Shown here piece after piece: positions 51,824-61,148 of a DNA stretch of 64,000 nucleotides (positions within the stretch are counted from its first letter, which is position 1; each line of letters starts with the position of its first letter). The stretch comes from a candidate division FCPU426 bacterium (GTDB taxonomy: Bacteria; Oederibacteriota; Muellerivitia; Muellerivitales; Muellerivitaceae). The translations under genes were made by a program, and so were the position numbers. The DNA is taken from the NCBI GenBank assembly GCA_963796105.1, contig CAWCKJ010000006.1, positions 32,001 to 96,000 on the forward strand, read 5' to 3'. The notes below the pieces were generated by a model that did not search any database, had not been told where the DNA came from, and saw only the letters and a program-made list of their open reading frames with translations.

Positions 51824-53380
51824 ATGACCCGACAAGGGAGGCAGAGCGACATGGCGACTATTCGTGAGATTTTGAGGACTTACCAGGCCTTGGGCGGGTT
51901 CAAACCCACTGCCCGGGCCCTGGGATGCAATAAGCACACGGTCAAGCAATACGTGCGTTGGGCGAAAGAACATGGCTTTCTCCAAGGGGAACTTCCCCTG
52001 GAAAAGGATTTGGCGAAGGCTTGGGAAGACGGCGAAAAATCCACGCCCGTTCCCGCTCATGCCTTGGAGGCCCTCAAGGGAATCATCCAAGAATGGTTGA
52101 AGGAAGATTTCACCTTGATTCGCATCCAGGAGATGCTTCAAGAGCGGCACGGGTGGAAGGGGAGTTACTCGACCCTGAAGAGGTATACGGAGCCTTTTCG
52201 CAATGAGAAACCCGCCTACGTGAGGCTGGAGGTTGCGCCCGGCGAGGAGGCCCAAGTGGATTTCGGGCTTTTGGGCCGCTTGTGGGACGAGACGCGTGGC
52301 AAGCAAGCCAAGGCCTGGGTTTTCGTGATGACCCTTTCCCATTCCCGGCATATGTACGCCGAGATTGTATTCGCACAGGACGTGAGAACCTGGATCGCCT
52401 GCCACCGCCGGGCTTTCGAGTTCTTCAATTCAGTCCCTAAAAAAATCGTAATCGATAACCTGAAAAGCGCCATCGTCAAGGCGGCCCTCTATGATCCCTT
52501 GGCCAACCGTACCTACGTGGAATGCGCCAACCATTACGGCTTCATCATCTCCCCTTGCCGCGTCGCCACTCCACGCCACAAGGGTAAAGTTGAACGCGGC
52601 GTGCCCTATGTCCGTAATTCCTTCTTCAAGGGTCGTTCCTTCCAGGGCCGCACCGATGCCAACCATCAACTCCGCGATTGGGTGATGAACAAGGCAGGTT
52701 TACGGGATCATGGCACCACCCGGCTTCAACCCTTGGCCGTCTTCCAGAGCGTGGAACAGAAGGCCCTTTTGCCCCTGCCTACCGCGGCTTACCATCCAAC
52801 TTTCTTCAAAGAAGCCACTCTGCACCCCGATTGCCACGTAGTCGTGGAAGGTTCCTATTACTCGGCTCCCTACCGTCTTCGGGGCCAAAAACTACTGGCC
52901 CAATTAACCGACACCACCGTTGATATATTTCTCAAACACGAATGCGTGGCTTCCCACGCCAAGGCCACACGCAAGGGAACCTGGCGCACCAACCCGGGCC
53001 ACTATCCCCCTGAAAAAGCGGTCTTCTTGGAACGAACCCCACAATGGTGCCTCAAACAGGCCCAGGCCATTGGACCTAATACCCATCAATTAATCCAACT
53101 CCTGCTGGAACACTCCCACCCCCTGGACCACCTGCGCAAAGCCCAGGGCATCCTGCGCTTGAGGGAAAAGTACCTGCCTTCCCGCCTGGAGGCAGCCTGT
53201 CTAAGGGCCCTCCATTTCGGAAACTACACGTACCAATCCATCAAAAACATCCTTCAAAAGAACCTCGATCAAAACCCGTTGGAACCGCCGTCGGATCCTT
53301 CACTCAAACCCCAGTCGTCTTTCGATTTCGCCCGGCCCGCGGAGGATTTCCTCCGTGCCTTGGCTCTGGATAAAAATTGA
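51824..53380 (+). CDS. istA: IS21 transposase
   Basis: PGEEAQVDFG, IDNLKSAI, KGKVERGVPYVR, YYSAPY. Confidence 0.95.
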   Translation: MTRQGRQSDMATIREILRTYQALGGFKPTARALGCNKHTVKQYVRWAKEHGFLQGELPLEKDLAKAWEDGEKSTPVPAHALEALKGIIQEWLKEDFTLIRIQEMLQERHGWKGSYSTLKRYTEPFRNEKPAYVRLEVAPGEEAQVDFGLLGRLWDETRGKQAKAWVFVMTLSHSRHMYAEIVFAQDVRTWIACHRRAFEFFNSVPKKIVIDNLKSAIVKAALYDPLANRTYVECANHYGFIISPCRVATPRHKGKVERGVPYVRNSFFKGRSFQGRTDANHQLRDWVMNKAGLRDHGTTRLQPLAVFQSVEQKALLPLPTAAYHPTFFKEATLHPDCHVVVEGSYYSAPYRLRGQKLLAQLTDTTVDIFLKHECVASHAKATRKGTWRTNPGHYPPEKAVFLERTPQWCLKQAQAIGPNTHQLIQLLLEHSHPLDHLRKAQGILRLREKYLPSRLEAACLRALHFGNYTYQSIKNILQKNLDQNPLEPPSDPSLKPQSSFDFARPAEDFLRALALDKN

Positions 53381-53393
53381 GGAGGAAGCATAT

Positions 53394-54173
53394 ATGGAAA
53401 ATAAACATCAGTTGGAGCCGCACCTGAGAAGGTTAAAACTCGCAGGAATGTTGGAGACGCTGGAAATCCGAAACCAGCAGGCCATTGAATCCCAGATCGG
53501 TTATATGGATTTCCTGGGCCAGTTACTGTTGGATGAGCTGGAGCGCCGCCAAGTGGGCCAACTCCAAAGAAGGCTGAAAAAGGCGGGCTTCTCAACCCAT
53601 ATGACTCTAACGGGGTTCGATTTCGCCTTCAACCCGGCCATCAACCGGCAACAAATCCTGGATTTGGGTACTTGTTCTTTCGTGGAGCGAAAAGAGAACC
53701 TATTTTTCATCGGTCCCTCAGGTGTGGGCAAAACCCATTTGGCCTGCGCTTTGGCCCATGAAGTCTGCCGCAAGGGTTATGAGGTACTCTTTATCAAGAC
53801 CTCGCATGCGGCCCAACGATTAGCGGCCTCGCGCGGGGACGGTACCCGGGAAAACCGATTCGCATCCTTCCTGAAACCCGACCTCTTGATCCTGGACGAC
53901 TGGGGTCTCAAGCCCTTCGACACCAAGGTCGCCGAGGATTTTTACGACATCATCTGTGAGCGTTATGAAAAGGGCTCCTTGATTTTTACCACCAACCGCA
54001 GTCTGCGGGAGTGGCCGGAGCTTTTCGGCGACGCCCTCCTAGCCTCGGCTGCCATGGACCGCCTGGTCCACCATGCCACTGCCGTCGTCATTCAGGGCCC
54101 TTCCTTTCGGACCCGTTCCATGCGCGAAGAAATGAAAAAAGAACACAGCAGGGAAAAAGAGGCAAAACTATGA
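53394..54173 (+). CDS. istB: IS21 helper ATPase
   Basis: GPSGVGKTHLA, LLILDDWG, TTNR, DRLVHH; GGAGG RBS before ATG 53394. Confidence 0.95.
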   Translation: MENKHQLEPHLRRLKLAGMLETLEIRNQQAIESQIGYMDFLGQLLLDELERRQVGQLQRRLKKAGFSTHMTLTGFDFAFNPAINRQQILDLGTCSFVERKENLFFIGPSGVGKTHLACALAHEVCRKGYEVLFIKTSHAAQRLAASRGDGTRENRFASFLKPDLLILDDWGLKPFDTKVAEDFYDIICERYEKGSLIFTTNRSLREWPELFGDALLASAAMDRLVHHATAVVIQGPSFRTRSMREEMKKEHSREKEAKL

Positions 54174-54584
54174 GAAACCCATCGTTCGATGCTGTCTTAT
54201 TCGTGCAATCTTGCGCCTATTGGTTACGGGATTTGCGCGGGACTTCGTATCATCCAATGTTGGGGAAGCAAAACGCATCTTGTGAAAGGAGTTTGATGGG
54301 TCTAAATTAATCTAAAAAAGAGGCCCCGCAAGGCAGGGGTCGAAGTCCCCGAAACAGGCACCCCTCGAAGTGCCCAAAAGAGGGGGGGCAAAGTAGGCGG
54401 CCAGGGGGGTTAAAGTGGCTGGCCAGTGACAACTGGCCTGGAACCGTAGAAAACAGGGGATATTGGCTGACTCAAGAACAAATGAAGGGGTTTTATATGG
54501 CTCAAGGATTATCTGAAGTTTTGGAATGGTTGGGTCAGGTAGAGGTTATTAAAAACCAATTACAAAAGGATCCTCAATGCCCCA

Positions 54585-54862
54585 GGGCAAGCCGAGATAA
54601 CCTGGGAACAGCAGGACTTAAGCCGGGAACAAGCCGAGATAACCCGGGAACAGCAGGACTTAAGCCGGGAACAGGCTGAGATAATCCGGGAACAGCAGGA
54701 CTTAAGCCGGGAACAGGCGGGGATAACCTGGGAACAGGAAGACTTAAGCCAGGAACAGGCTGAGATAACCCGGGAATAGCTGGACTTAAGCCGGGAACAA
54801 GCCGAGATAACCCGGGAACAGCAGGACTTAAGCCGGGAACAGGCTGAGATAACCACGGGAAC
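54585..54862. repeat. 42-bp (21+21) GGGAAC-cored tandem array, about 6.5 units
   Basis: Unit GGGAACAAGCCGAGATAACCC-GGGAACAGCAGGACTTAAGCC. Confidence 0.88.
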
Positions 54863-54970
54863 TACTGGGGTGAATCGGCCTGATAAGCACTTTTGTTTTG
54901 GTTTATTCCCCGAATTGTTGGGTGTAGGCTTATAGGGCGATTAAGGATTTTTGAATAAAAGGATAAAGAT

Positions 54971-55564
54971 TTGAGTCCCCTCCATTATGGGCCGTCGGAT
55001 ATCAATAATCCCCGTTATCTTCCTTTCGCTAATGTCCCGGAAAGTTTCTGGCTGACCAAGGTACTCTTGTTTGATTTCGATTGGATTGTGCGGGAAGCGG
55101 CCGAAGATAACCGTGCAATGCCGGACCACCCGGAAATCCAAACCAGTAGTGAAGATTTAAAGAAAACCTTTTTAACCTTGAGAGGGTATGAAATCCGCTT
55201 AGGAATCACTTCCAATTTGAAACAAGAAATCGTGATTCCCGAGCTGTCACGGTTGAAATTAGCGGATGACTTTGACTGCATCCGCTGTTTGGGGGACACG
55301 AGTAACCCAAAGCCGTTCGCGGAACTTCACATGGCCGCTTTGGAGACATTGGGCGTCCGCCCAGCCAGGGCATTGGCTTTTGAAACGACAGAAGCGGGGG
55401 TCAAAGCCGCGAAGACCGCCGGGATCTTTTGCGTGACCATGGGAGATTCGCCAAAAGGGGATTATGTTTTGAAATCCTTGCTGGAGAGACCCATCCTGCA
55501 TGTTTTAGAGGAAATGGATCGGTTAAATCGTTCTTGTCAGAGTTTGAATGTGTCCGTTAAGTGA
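54971..55564 (+). CDS. HAD-superfamily hydrolase-like protein
   Basis: LLFDFD, ITSN, PKP, AFETTEAGVKAAKTAG (motif IV atypical). Confidence 0.7.
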   Translation: MSPLHYGPSDINNPRYLPFANVPESFWLTKVLLFDFDWIVREAAEDNRAMPDHPEIQTSSEDLKKTFLTLRGYEIRLGITSNLKQEIVIPELSRLKLADDFDCIRCLGDTSNPKPFAELHMAALETLGVRPARALAFETTEAGVKAAKTAGIFCVTMGDSPKGDYVLKSLLERPILHVLEEMDRLNRSCQSLNVSVK

Positions 55565-55865
55565 ATGAACTGCTTCTGCTTGACCAAATTGTTGCTGCTT
55601 TTCGTCTGTTTTACCCCTCCTGCTGGGGCTTATTTCCCGGCGCGAGAGGCGGATTTACCATCGCTACTAAACAAAAAACACGGAAAGACTTTTGTTACAC
55701 CCCACAACCCACTAAGGTGAATGGAAAGATTTGGCCTATATTAGGCAAATACCTTAAAATTTTTATTTCAAATGAAGATATCTCTAGGCATGAATTAAGG
55801 GGCCTTCTGAACCTTTAAAACGGGTTGATAAAATTCGTTTTATTTTTATCATGAGGTATTAAGCG

Positions 55866-56099
55866 ATGAAAACGACGAATTATTTCCAGAATCAAGTTTT
55901 AAGAAAAAGGCCATATATCAAAATGAAGTGGGTGGAAAGTGCCTTTAAAAACCCAATAAAACTGGAGACGCAACCGGATGGACGAATCCGGGCTTGGATT
56001 TAGGTGGAGGAAATGGGAAAATACTTGCGAGTAGTTTTTCTTGAAGACGGTGAGAGTGTCCATAACGCTTTCTTCGATAGGGGATTTAAGGGGGTATGA
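55866..56099 (+). pseudogene. Type II TA toxin (BrnT/RelE-like) with in-frame TAG at 56001
   Basis: MKTTNYF...QPDGRIRAWI*VEEMGKYLRVVFLEDGESVHNAFFDRGF; GAGG RBS; directly upstream of a DUF2283 gene. Confidence 0.75.
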
Positions 56100-56100
56100 A

Positions 56101-56313
56101 ATGAAACTTCATTACGACCGTGAAACCGATTCGCTTTACATCGAATTAATGGAAAAACCGGGTGTTGACAGCGAAGAAGTGGAAGACGGGATTGTATTGG
56201 ATTTCGATAAAAACCGTCATTTGGTTGGAATCGATGTCCAACACGCTAGCAAGAACATTGATTTGAAGCATTTAGAGGCAGGTTCTTTGCCTTTGGTTGG
56301 GGCTGGTAAATAA
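56101..56313 (+). CDS. DUF2283 family antitoxin-like protein
   Basis: MKLHYDRETDSLYIEL...DGIVLDFD...LVGIDVQHAS. Confidence 0.85.
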   Translation: MKLHYDRETDSLYIELMEKPGVDSEEVEDGIVLDFDKNRHLVGIDVQHASKNIDLKHLEAGSLPLVGAGK

Positions 56314-57132
56314 AGCTAGACCTATGACGGATCAGGAAATATCAGCGATAAAAGATCACCTTAACAATTTAGAAAAACAGGGACCCCGCAAAGGCAGGAT
56401 AAGGCTTTTACGGGGTTTTTCTTTTTATGACTGATCTAACATTGAAGCTCTACCCTTTGATCGGGGAGACGGTCAAAAGTCCAAAGCCAGCCGATCCGAC
56501 GGGGGGTGTGAACTACACCATAACTTTGTATGGAATCGCTTAACCAGAACGGTTACTTAAAAATTTTGTTTTGATATAGGATTGTTAGAAACCCAGGCAA
56601 TTCCTCGTAAAGGCTTGTATAACATCCCGGTATTGGTAAGCAACGCTGGGAAAATCGTTGTGGTTGATCCCCTTAATTTCCAACCATTGTTTTGGTTCTA
56701 CGGCCAACTTGAAAACCTCCCGCCCTAATTCGATAGGAATAACCGTATCCTTTTCCGCATGAAGCTCCAGAAGGGGACAGGCGCGGTTTTGGACATAGTT
56801 GCCGGTCTCGAATTTGTCCCAAATCAGGAAGGACGGCAAAATCAGCCAAGGGTTTCTTTGTCGGCTGATAGATTTCATGGAGGGGAAAGCACCCTCGAGG
56901 ATGAGTCCCGCCGGATGGTTTTGGGTGGCTAGTTTCGCGGCCACGGATGAGCCTAGGGAATGACCCCAGATCATGATCCGCTTTTCTGGGATGCTTTTTG
57001 CCTTTAACCATTCGTAAGCGGCCTGGGCATCGGTATCTAGGGATTGTTCGCTTAAGTCTCCCTGGCAGCTGGAACCATAGCACCTGTAATCGAATAAAAG
57101 GGAGTCGAAGCCGAAATCGTAGAATATTTTTG

Positions 57133-58120
57133 AATGCCTCTCCAAACGGTACCTGTTGAAATAAAGGAATACAGGAGTATACTCATTGTTGGAGGGGCAA
57201 ATTATGAACTACCAACGGATGAAGGGGATTGAGATTTTCAAGGAAATCGATACAGAAGAAAAGGCACGTCAATGGGTGTGGAAGAGCCGTTTTGCCGGAA
57301 AAGACTTTGTTTGCCCACAATGTGAAGGAGAAAGTTTCTGGCAACACAAAAACCGCCCCGAAGTGCGGGAATGTGACTATTGTCGAAAGCAAATACGGCT
57401 TCGAGCCGGAACGATCTTCCGGAAATCCAAGATCCCAATCTTAACCTGGTTGAGGATGATTGGATTGGTGATGCAAGGGAAAAGGGGCATTTCAGCCCTG
57501 GAACTTCAGCGGCAATTGGGAATGCCCTCCTACGATACCGTTTGGAGGATGTTGCATAAGATTCGGGAAAGTCTTCGACAAAGGGATGAAAATTACCAAC
57601 TCAAGGAAATCATTGAGTTGGATGGGGCTGTATTCGGCAAGAGAGAAAAGGAAAACCAGGCTGAAGTGCTGGTGGCGGTTGAAAGCAAAGAATGGATAGA
57701 TGAGAAAGGGCGCAAAAAAGAGAAAGCGGGTTTTGCAAAGATAAAGGTGACCGCAGAAACCAAGTGGGAAGCCCAAGCATTCGTCGATCAAGCAATCCAG
57801 AAAGGCGCCATGATAAACACGGATGCCAGTCCCAGCTTGAGAAACTTGGAAAACGTGGATGTGGAGTACCAGGTAACAGCCAATGACCCAGTGGTGTTAA
57901 ATCACTGGTTACCTTGGGTCCACCGATTCATTTCCAACGCCAAGGCTTGGATCCTAGGAACCCATCATGGAGTCAACGTGAAATATCTGCCTGGATACTT
58001 GAGCGAATATACTTATCGGTTCAATCGTCGCCATGACCCAGATTCCTTATTTCACCGGGCCTTAACCGCTTGCGCTTTGGCAAAACCCATTACTGCGCAA
58101 GCGTTGTTCGGATAGGCATG
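57133..58120 (+). mobile_element. IS1595 family insertion sequence
   Basis: TIRs AATGCCTCTCCAAAC / GTTCGGATAGGCATG; 8-bp TSD TATTTTTG (57125-57132, 58121-58128). Confidence 0.9.
57186..58115 (+). CDS. IS1595 family transposase
   Basis: CPQC/CDYC zinc ribbon, AGTIF, IELD, GTHHGV, YLSEYTYRFNRR. Confidence 0.93.
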   Translation: MLEGQIMNYQRMKGIEIFKEIDTEEKARQWVWKSRFAGKDFVCPQCEGESFWQHKNRPEVRECDYCRKQIRLRAGTIFRKSKIPILTWLRMIGLVMQGKRGISALELQRQLGMPSYDTVWRMLHKIRESLRQRDENYQLKEIIELDGAVFGKREKENQAEVLVAVESKEWIDEKGRKKEKAGFAKIKVTAETKWEAQAFVDQAIQKGAMINTDASPSLRNLENVDVEYQVTANDPVVLNHWLPWVHRFISNAKAWILGTHHGVNVKYLPGYLSEYTYRFNRRHDPDSLFHRALTACALAKPITAQALFG

Positions 58121-58519
58121 TATTTTTGAGACTTCAGCCAAATCCGAAAGGCAGGCCGCGTTCCCATGGCAATACAAAAGAACCGGCCTTTGAATTCCTG
58201 ATTTGGAATGTGAAACCCACCAACCGGTCAAGACGACGCCATCGGGGGTCCTAAAACTCACCGGTTGATAGGGAACCGAATAATTGCCTGGAGTGGTGCT
58301 ATTTAGCCCTTTTGGATGGTAAATTAGCTGTCTTTGGAAGGCCACATAAGCCCCGGCCACGGATAGGTAAGCCAATAAAACCGGAATGAGTAATATTTTG
58401 AGGAGCTTCATCAGGGTCCCAAAGTGTTATTTTTTCGGTGATTTTAACAAAAAATACATCCCCAAACCGGTTTTTAAGGCTAATAATAGTGACGGTAAAA
58501 ATCAAAGGACCTAAAAAGT

Positions 58520-58888
58520 ATGCGATTGAATTTCAACAAGATCAGGCCCATCCGGACAAAAATAAGCCAGGAGGAATGGGGAAGCATGGAATGGCTGATG
58601 GACGACACCCTCGTTCCGGAAGTCGGGATGAGCGCGGCGATTATGACAGTCCATGCGGGTAAAACTTCCCCCGCTCACGCGCACTCCAACTGCCATGAGT
58701 TCATCCATGTCATAGAAGGTTCTATAGAGGTGAATTTCGGGAATAACGAAAGAATTATACTGAATCCCGGGGATTCTTCCTTGAATCCCGCGGGAAATCC
58801 CCACGGGATCAAGAACGTCGGGGAAGTGGAAGCGCGGATGTTTCTTTCCTATTCGGCGGGACGCCGTAAATACGAGACCGTGCCTTAA
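58520..58888 (+). CDS. Cupin domain protein
   Basis: HAHSNCHEFIHVIEG...PGD...PAGNPHGIKN. Confidence 0.88.
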   Translation: MRLNFNKIRPIRTKISQEEWGSMEWLMDDTLVPEVGMSAAIMTVHAGKTSPAHAHSNCHEFIHVIEGSIEVNFGNNERIILNPGDSSLNPAGNPHGIKNVGEVEARMFLSYSAGRRKYETVP

Positions 58889-59165
58889 AATAAAATCTAG
58901 TGAACAAAGATAAATAAAATCAGGAGTTCTTAAGTCCAAAAGGCGTTAAGCAAAACCAAGTCCTTTGCCACGGATTCAGGGGATGCACTCGGATAAGACA
59001 AAAAAGGCTATAAATCTTTATTTTTATTAAATCCCATGAATCCCATGCATCTGTCCCCTTTGGCCCTTTAGGCCAAAGAAATCGGGACAATACCAATCTC
59101 ATTATTTTTTTATAGAAGATTGGCATGTGGCTAGAGTCTATTGTGGACAGTTTTGATGTTAGAAA

Positions 59166-60824
59166 CTAAATTTCAATAAACAGACTCTTTTCTTTCGTCA
59201 GGCTTACCATTCCCAAAGGGCCTCCTGGGATCCTCTTGACGTTCTTTTTCTCGGTGTAAATCACGGTCACCTTGCTCCCTTTAGAGGCCTTGCTATGGGA
59301 CGCGGCCATTTTGGCGGCTTTCAGGATCAGCTCCTCCGAAGCCACGGCATTGCGTTGAAGCCTGCGAAGGATGACATGCGCTCCCGGCATATCCCGCACA
59401 TGAAACCATAGGTCATCGGGCTGGGCCAATTGGAAGGTGACGTATTCATTGGCCGCGGCTGAGGCTCCGGCGCAAATCTCGTATTCTTTTCCGATTTGTT
59501 CCCGCAGGATATTGGGCGTGGGTACTTTGGCCTCAACGGATTTTTTAGGCTTGGCTTGGGGCTCCTTTTTCAACGGGAACAAGGCCCGATGGGCGTTTCG
59601 AATCTCCAACACATCCTTGAGGGCTGGCAGGCTTCTTTGCGCGGCTTTCAAGTTCTCAATGCGGTCCTTGATTTCCTTTTCCCGTTTCTCTACCTGGGCC
59701 AAGCCACGGGACCCCTTCTGGGCCTTTTTAAAAAATCTCTGGGCGTTTTTAAGGGGGGTGATTTCCGGGTCGAGGGGAATAGGGACAATCGTCTTGGTTC
59801 CCCGGACCAAATCCTCAAGGTCCGCCTGGCTCGAGTGGAGCTTGATTTTATGAAGCTGGGACATGACCAATTCCCCCCACCATTGGTACTGGTCGGCTTT
59901 CTCCGCCTCGGCACGGTCTTTTTTCAATTTTTCCACGATTCGTTTTTCATGCTTGAGGGCTTTGGCGATATCCGTCTCGAGTTTCGTCTTGGCCGAAGCC
60001 AATTGTCCCTGGTGGGATTCAAGGGTTAGCAGGCGCTCCAAGGCTTGGCTGGCGGTCGAAAAAGACTGCCGTTCTACCTTCGTTGGGATGTCTTCTGGAA
60101 AAATCTTCAGGAATGGGGGAGATCCCGCGAAAAGGGTGAAATGCCCCCATCCTTTATCCAAGATTTCCTCTTTCAAATGCTCCCATTGCTCAAAGGCATG
60201 AGACCCAAAGCAATCCAGGAAAGAGGCTAATTCCGGATCGGTACCCCTAAAAGAATTACGAATCCAATCAGCAATTGGAGGTTTTTCCGATTTTTCCCAT
60301 AGGGCGGCCAGTTCCTGGCGGGTTAAATCCCAGAAGTTGGATTTTTCCAATGGCTGAGGCGGGGGAGCATAGGGAACCTGGGGAAGAACCGGCCGCTCCA
60401 CTTCCTCCTTGTATCGGAGGGCGCTGATGATGAGGCCATCGTGTCCCACCAGTATCAAGTTCGGGTATTTCGGAATTCCCTCAAAAACCAATTGATAAGT
60501 TCCCTCATGGGTTTTGAAAAGGAAAAATAAGATCCGCTCACCGGGTTTGTAACGTATGTCCTCTACTTGGGCGTATTCAAGGTGTTTGCGGAGGGAACGG
60601 CAGAAGTTTGGGGGCTTTTGAAGGGCGGATCGTTTTTCCGTGGATAAGAACAGAAATGGATTCCTGGGAAGGATGGAAGCCACCAGGTGGCGGTTGGCCC
60701 GGTCCGGATGATAAAAAGTCAGCTCCAGGGTTTCGTTCGCGGATTGGGAGATGTGGGATAGGCGCGATGAGAGTATTGATTTTTTTAATTCCCGGGATAG
60801 AACGGCCAATAAGAGAGGGGTCAA
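59166..60824 (-). CDS. rqcH: NFACT/RqcH (FbpA-like) ribosome quality control protein
   Basis: FCRSLRKHL, ERILF, NLILV, NAQRFFKKAQK, DLWFHVRDMPGAHVILR. Confidence 0.85.
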   Translation of the reverse strand: MTPLLLAVLSRELKKSILSSRLSHISQSANETLELTFYHPDRANRHLVASILPRNPFLFLSTEKRSALQKPPNFCRSLRKHLEYAQVEDIRYKPGERILFFLFKTHEGTYQLVFEGIPKYPNLILVGHDGLIISALRYKEEVERPVLPQVPYAPPPQPLEKSNFWDLTRQELAALWEKSEKPPIADWIRNSFRGTDPELASFLDCFGSHAFEQWEHLKEEILDKGWGHFTLFAGSPPFLKIFPEDIPTKVERQSFSTASQALERLLTLESHQGQLASAKTKLETDIAKALKHEKRIVEKLKKDRAEAEKADQYQWWGELVMSQLHKIKLHSSQADLEDLVRGTKTIVPIPLDPEITPLKNAQRFFKKAQKGSRGLAQVEKREKEIKDRIENLKAAQRSLPALKDVLEIRNAHRALFPLKKEPQAKPKKSVEAKVPTPNILREQIGKEYEICAGASAAANEYVTFQLAQPDDLWFHVRDMPGAHVILRRLQRNAVASEELILKAAKMAASHSKASKGSKVTVIYTEKKNVKRIPGGPLGMVSLTKEKSLFIEI

Positions 60825-61148
60825 TCATTTTTCCTGTTTAAGGAGTTGGAGAGAATTTTACCATCGCGTTCCTTGATAGAATACCTGTAAAACATCCATT
60901 CTTGAAATAGAATCCAAAATCGGTAGTGTGTTAGTTCGATTTTTAATTTGGATGTCTTCGCGGGATAAAACTTTAAGCATTATTTAAACTTAGGTTGCTT
61001 CGTCATGATCACCCCGCTATACGCGGGGCATTCCTCGCAATGACAGCAAAACTGAGACGCAACTCATAACCGAAAGGTTTGACAGCTTTTGGAGAGGGCT
61101 TTAAACTGGGAATATTGTTGGATAAAAGATCCAGGGGAGGAACGTAAT

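Larger units (their letters stand above)
51661..54431 (+). mobile_element. IS21 family insertion sequence
   Basis: Ends TGTCATTGGCC / GGCCAGTGACA; multiple internal CTTTGACCCC repeats; 5-bp TSD ACTGG (51656-51660, 54432-54436). Confidence 0.93.
56585..58411 (-). pseudogene. Alpha/beta hydrolase interrupted by IS1595
   Basis: 5' part (FQRQLIYHP, YCHGNA) and 3' part (DYRCYG, WGHSLG, HNDF) rejoin in frame as SDLAEVSKIFYDFGF once the IS is removed. Confidence 0.9.

Noticed and set aside
50944..54862. 52-bp and 42-bp arrays as CRISPR or guide-RNA arrays
   Set aside because: No unique spacers; units differ only by point variants
55866..56099. Stop-codon reassignment or pyrrolysine readthrough
   Set aside because: TAG terminates several conserved genes at their expected ends, and no pyl genes are seen
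60993..61046. REP-like remnant (TTGCTTCG...CTCGCAATGAC); similar degenerate palindromes near 43905-43993 and 58968-59058
   Set aside because: Single degenerate copies in the window; a family cannot be supported without a genome-wide search
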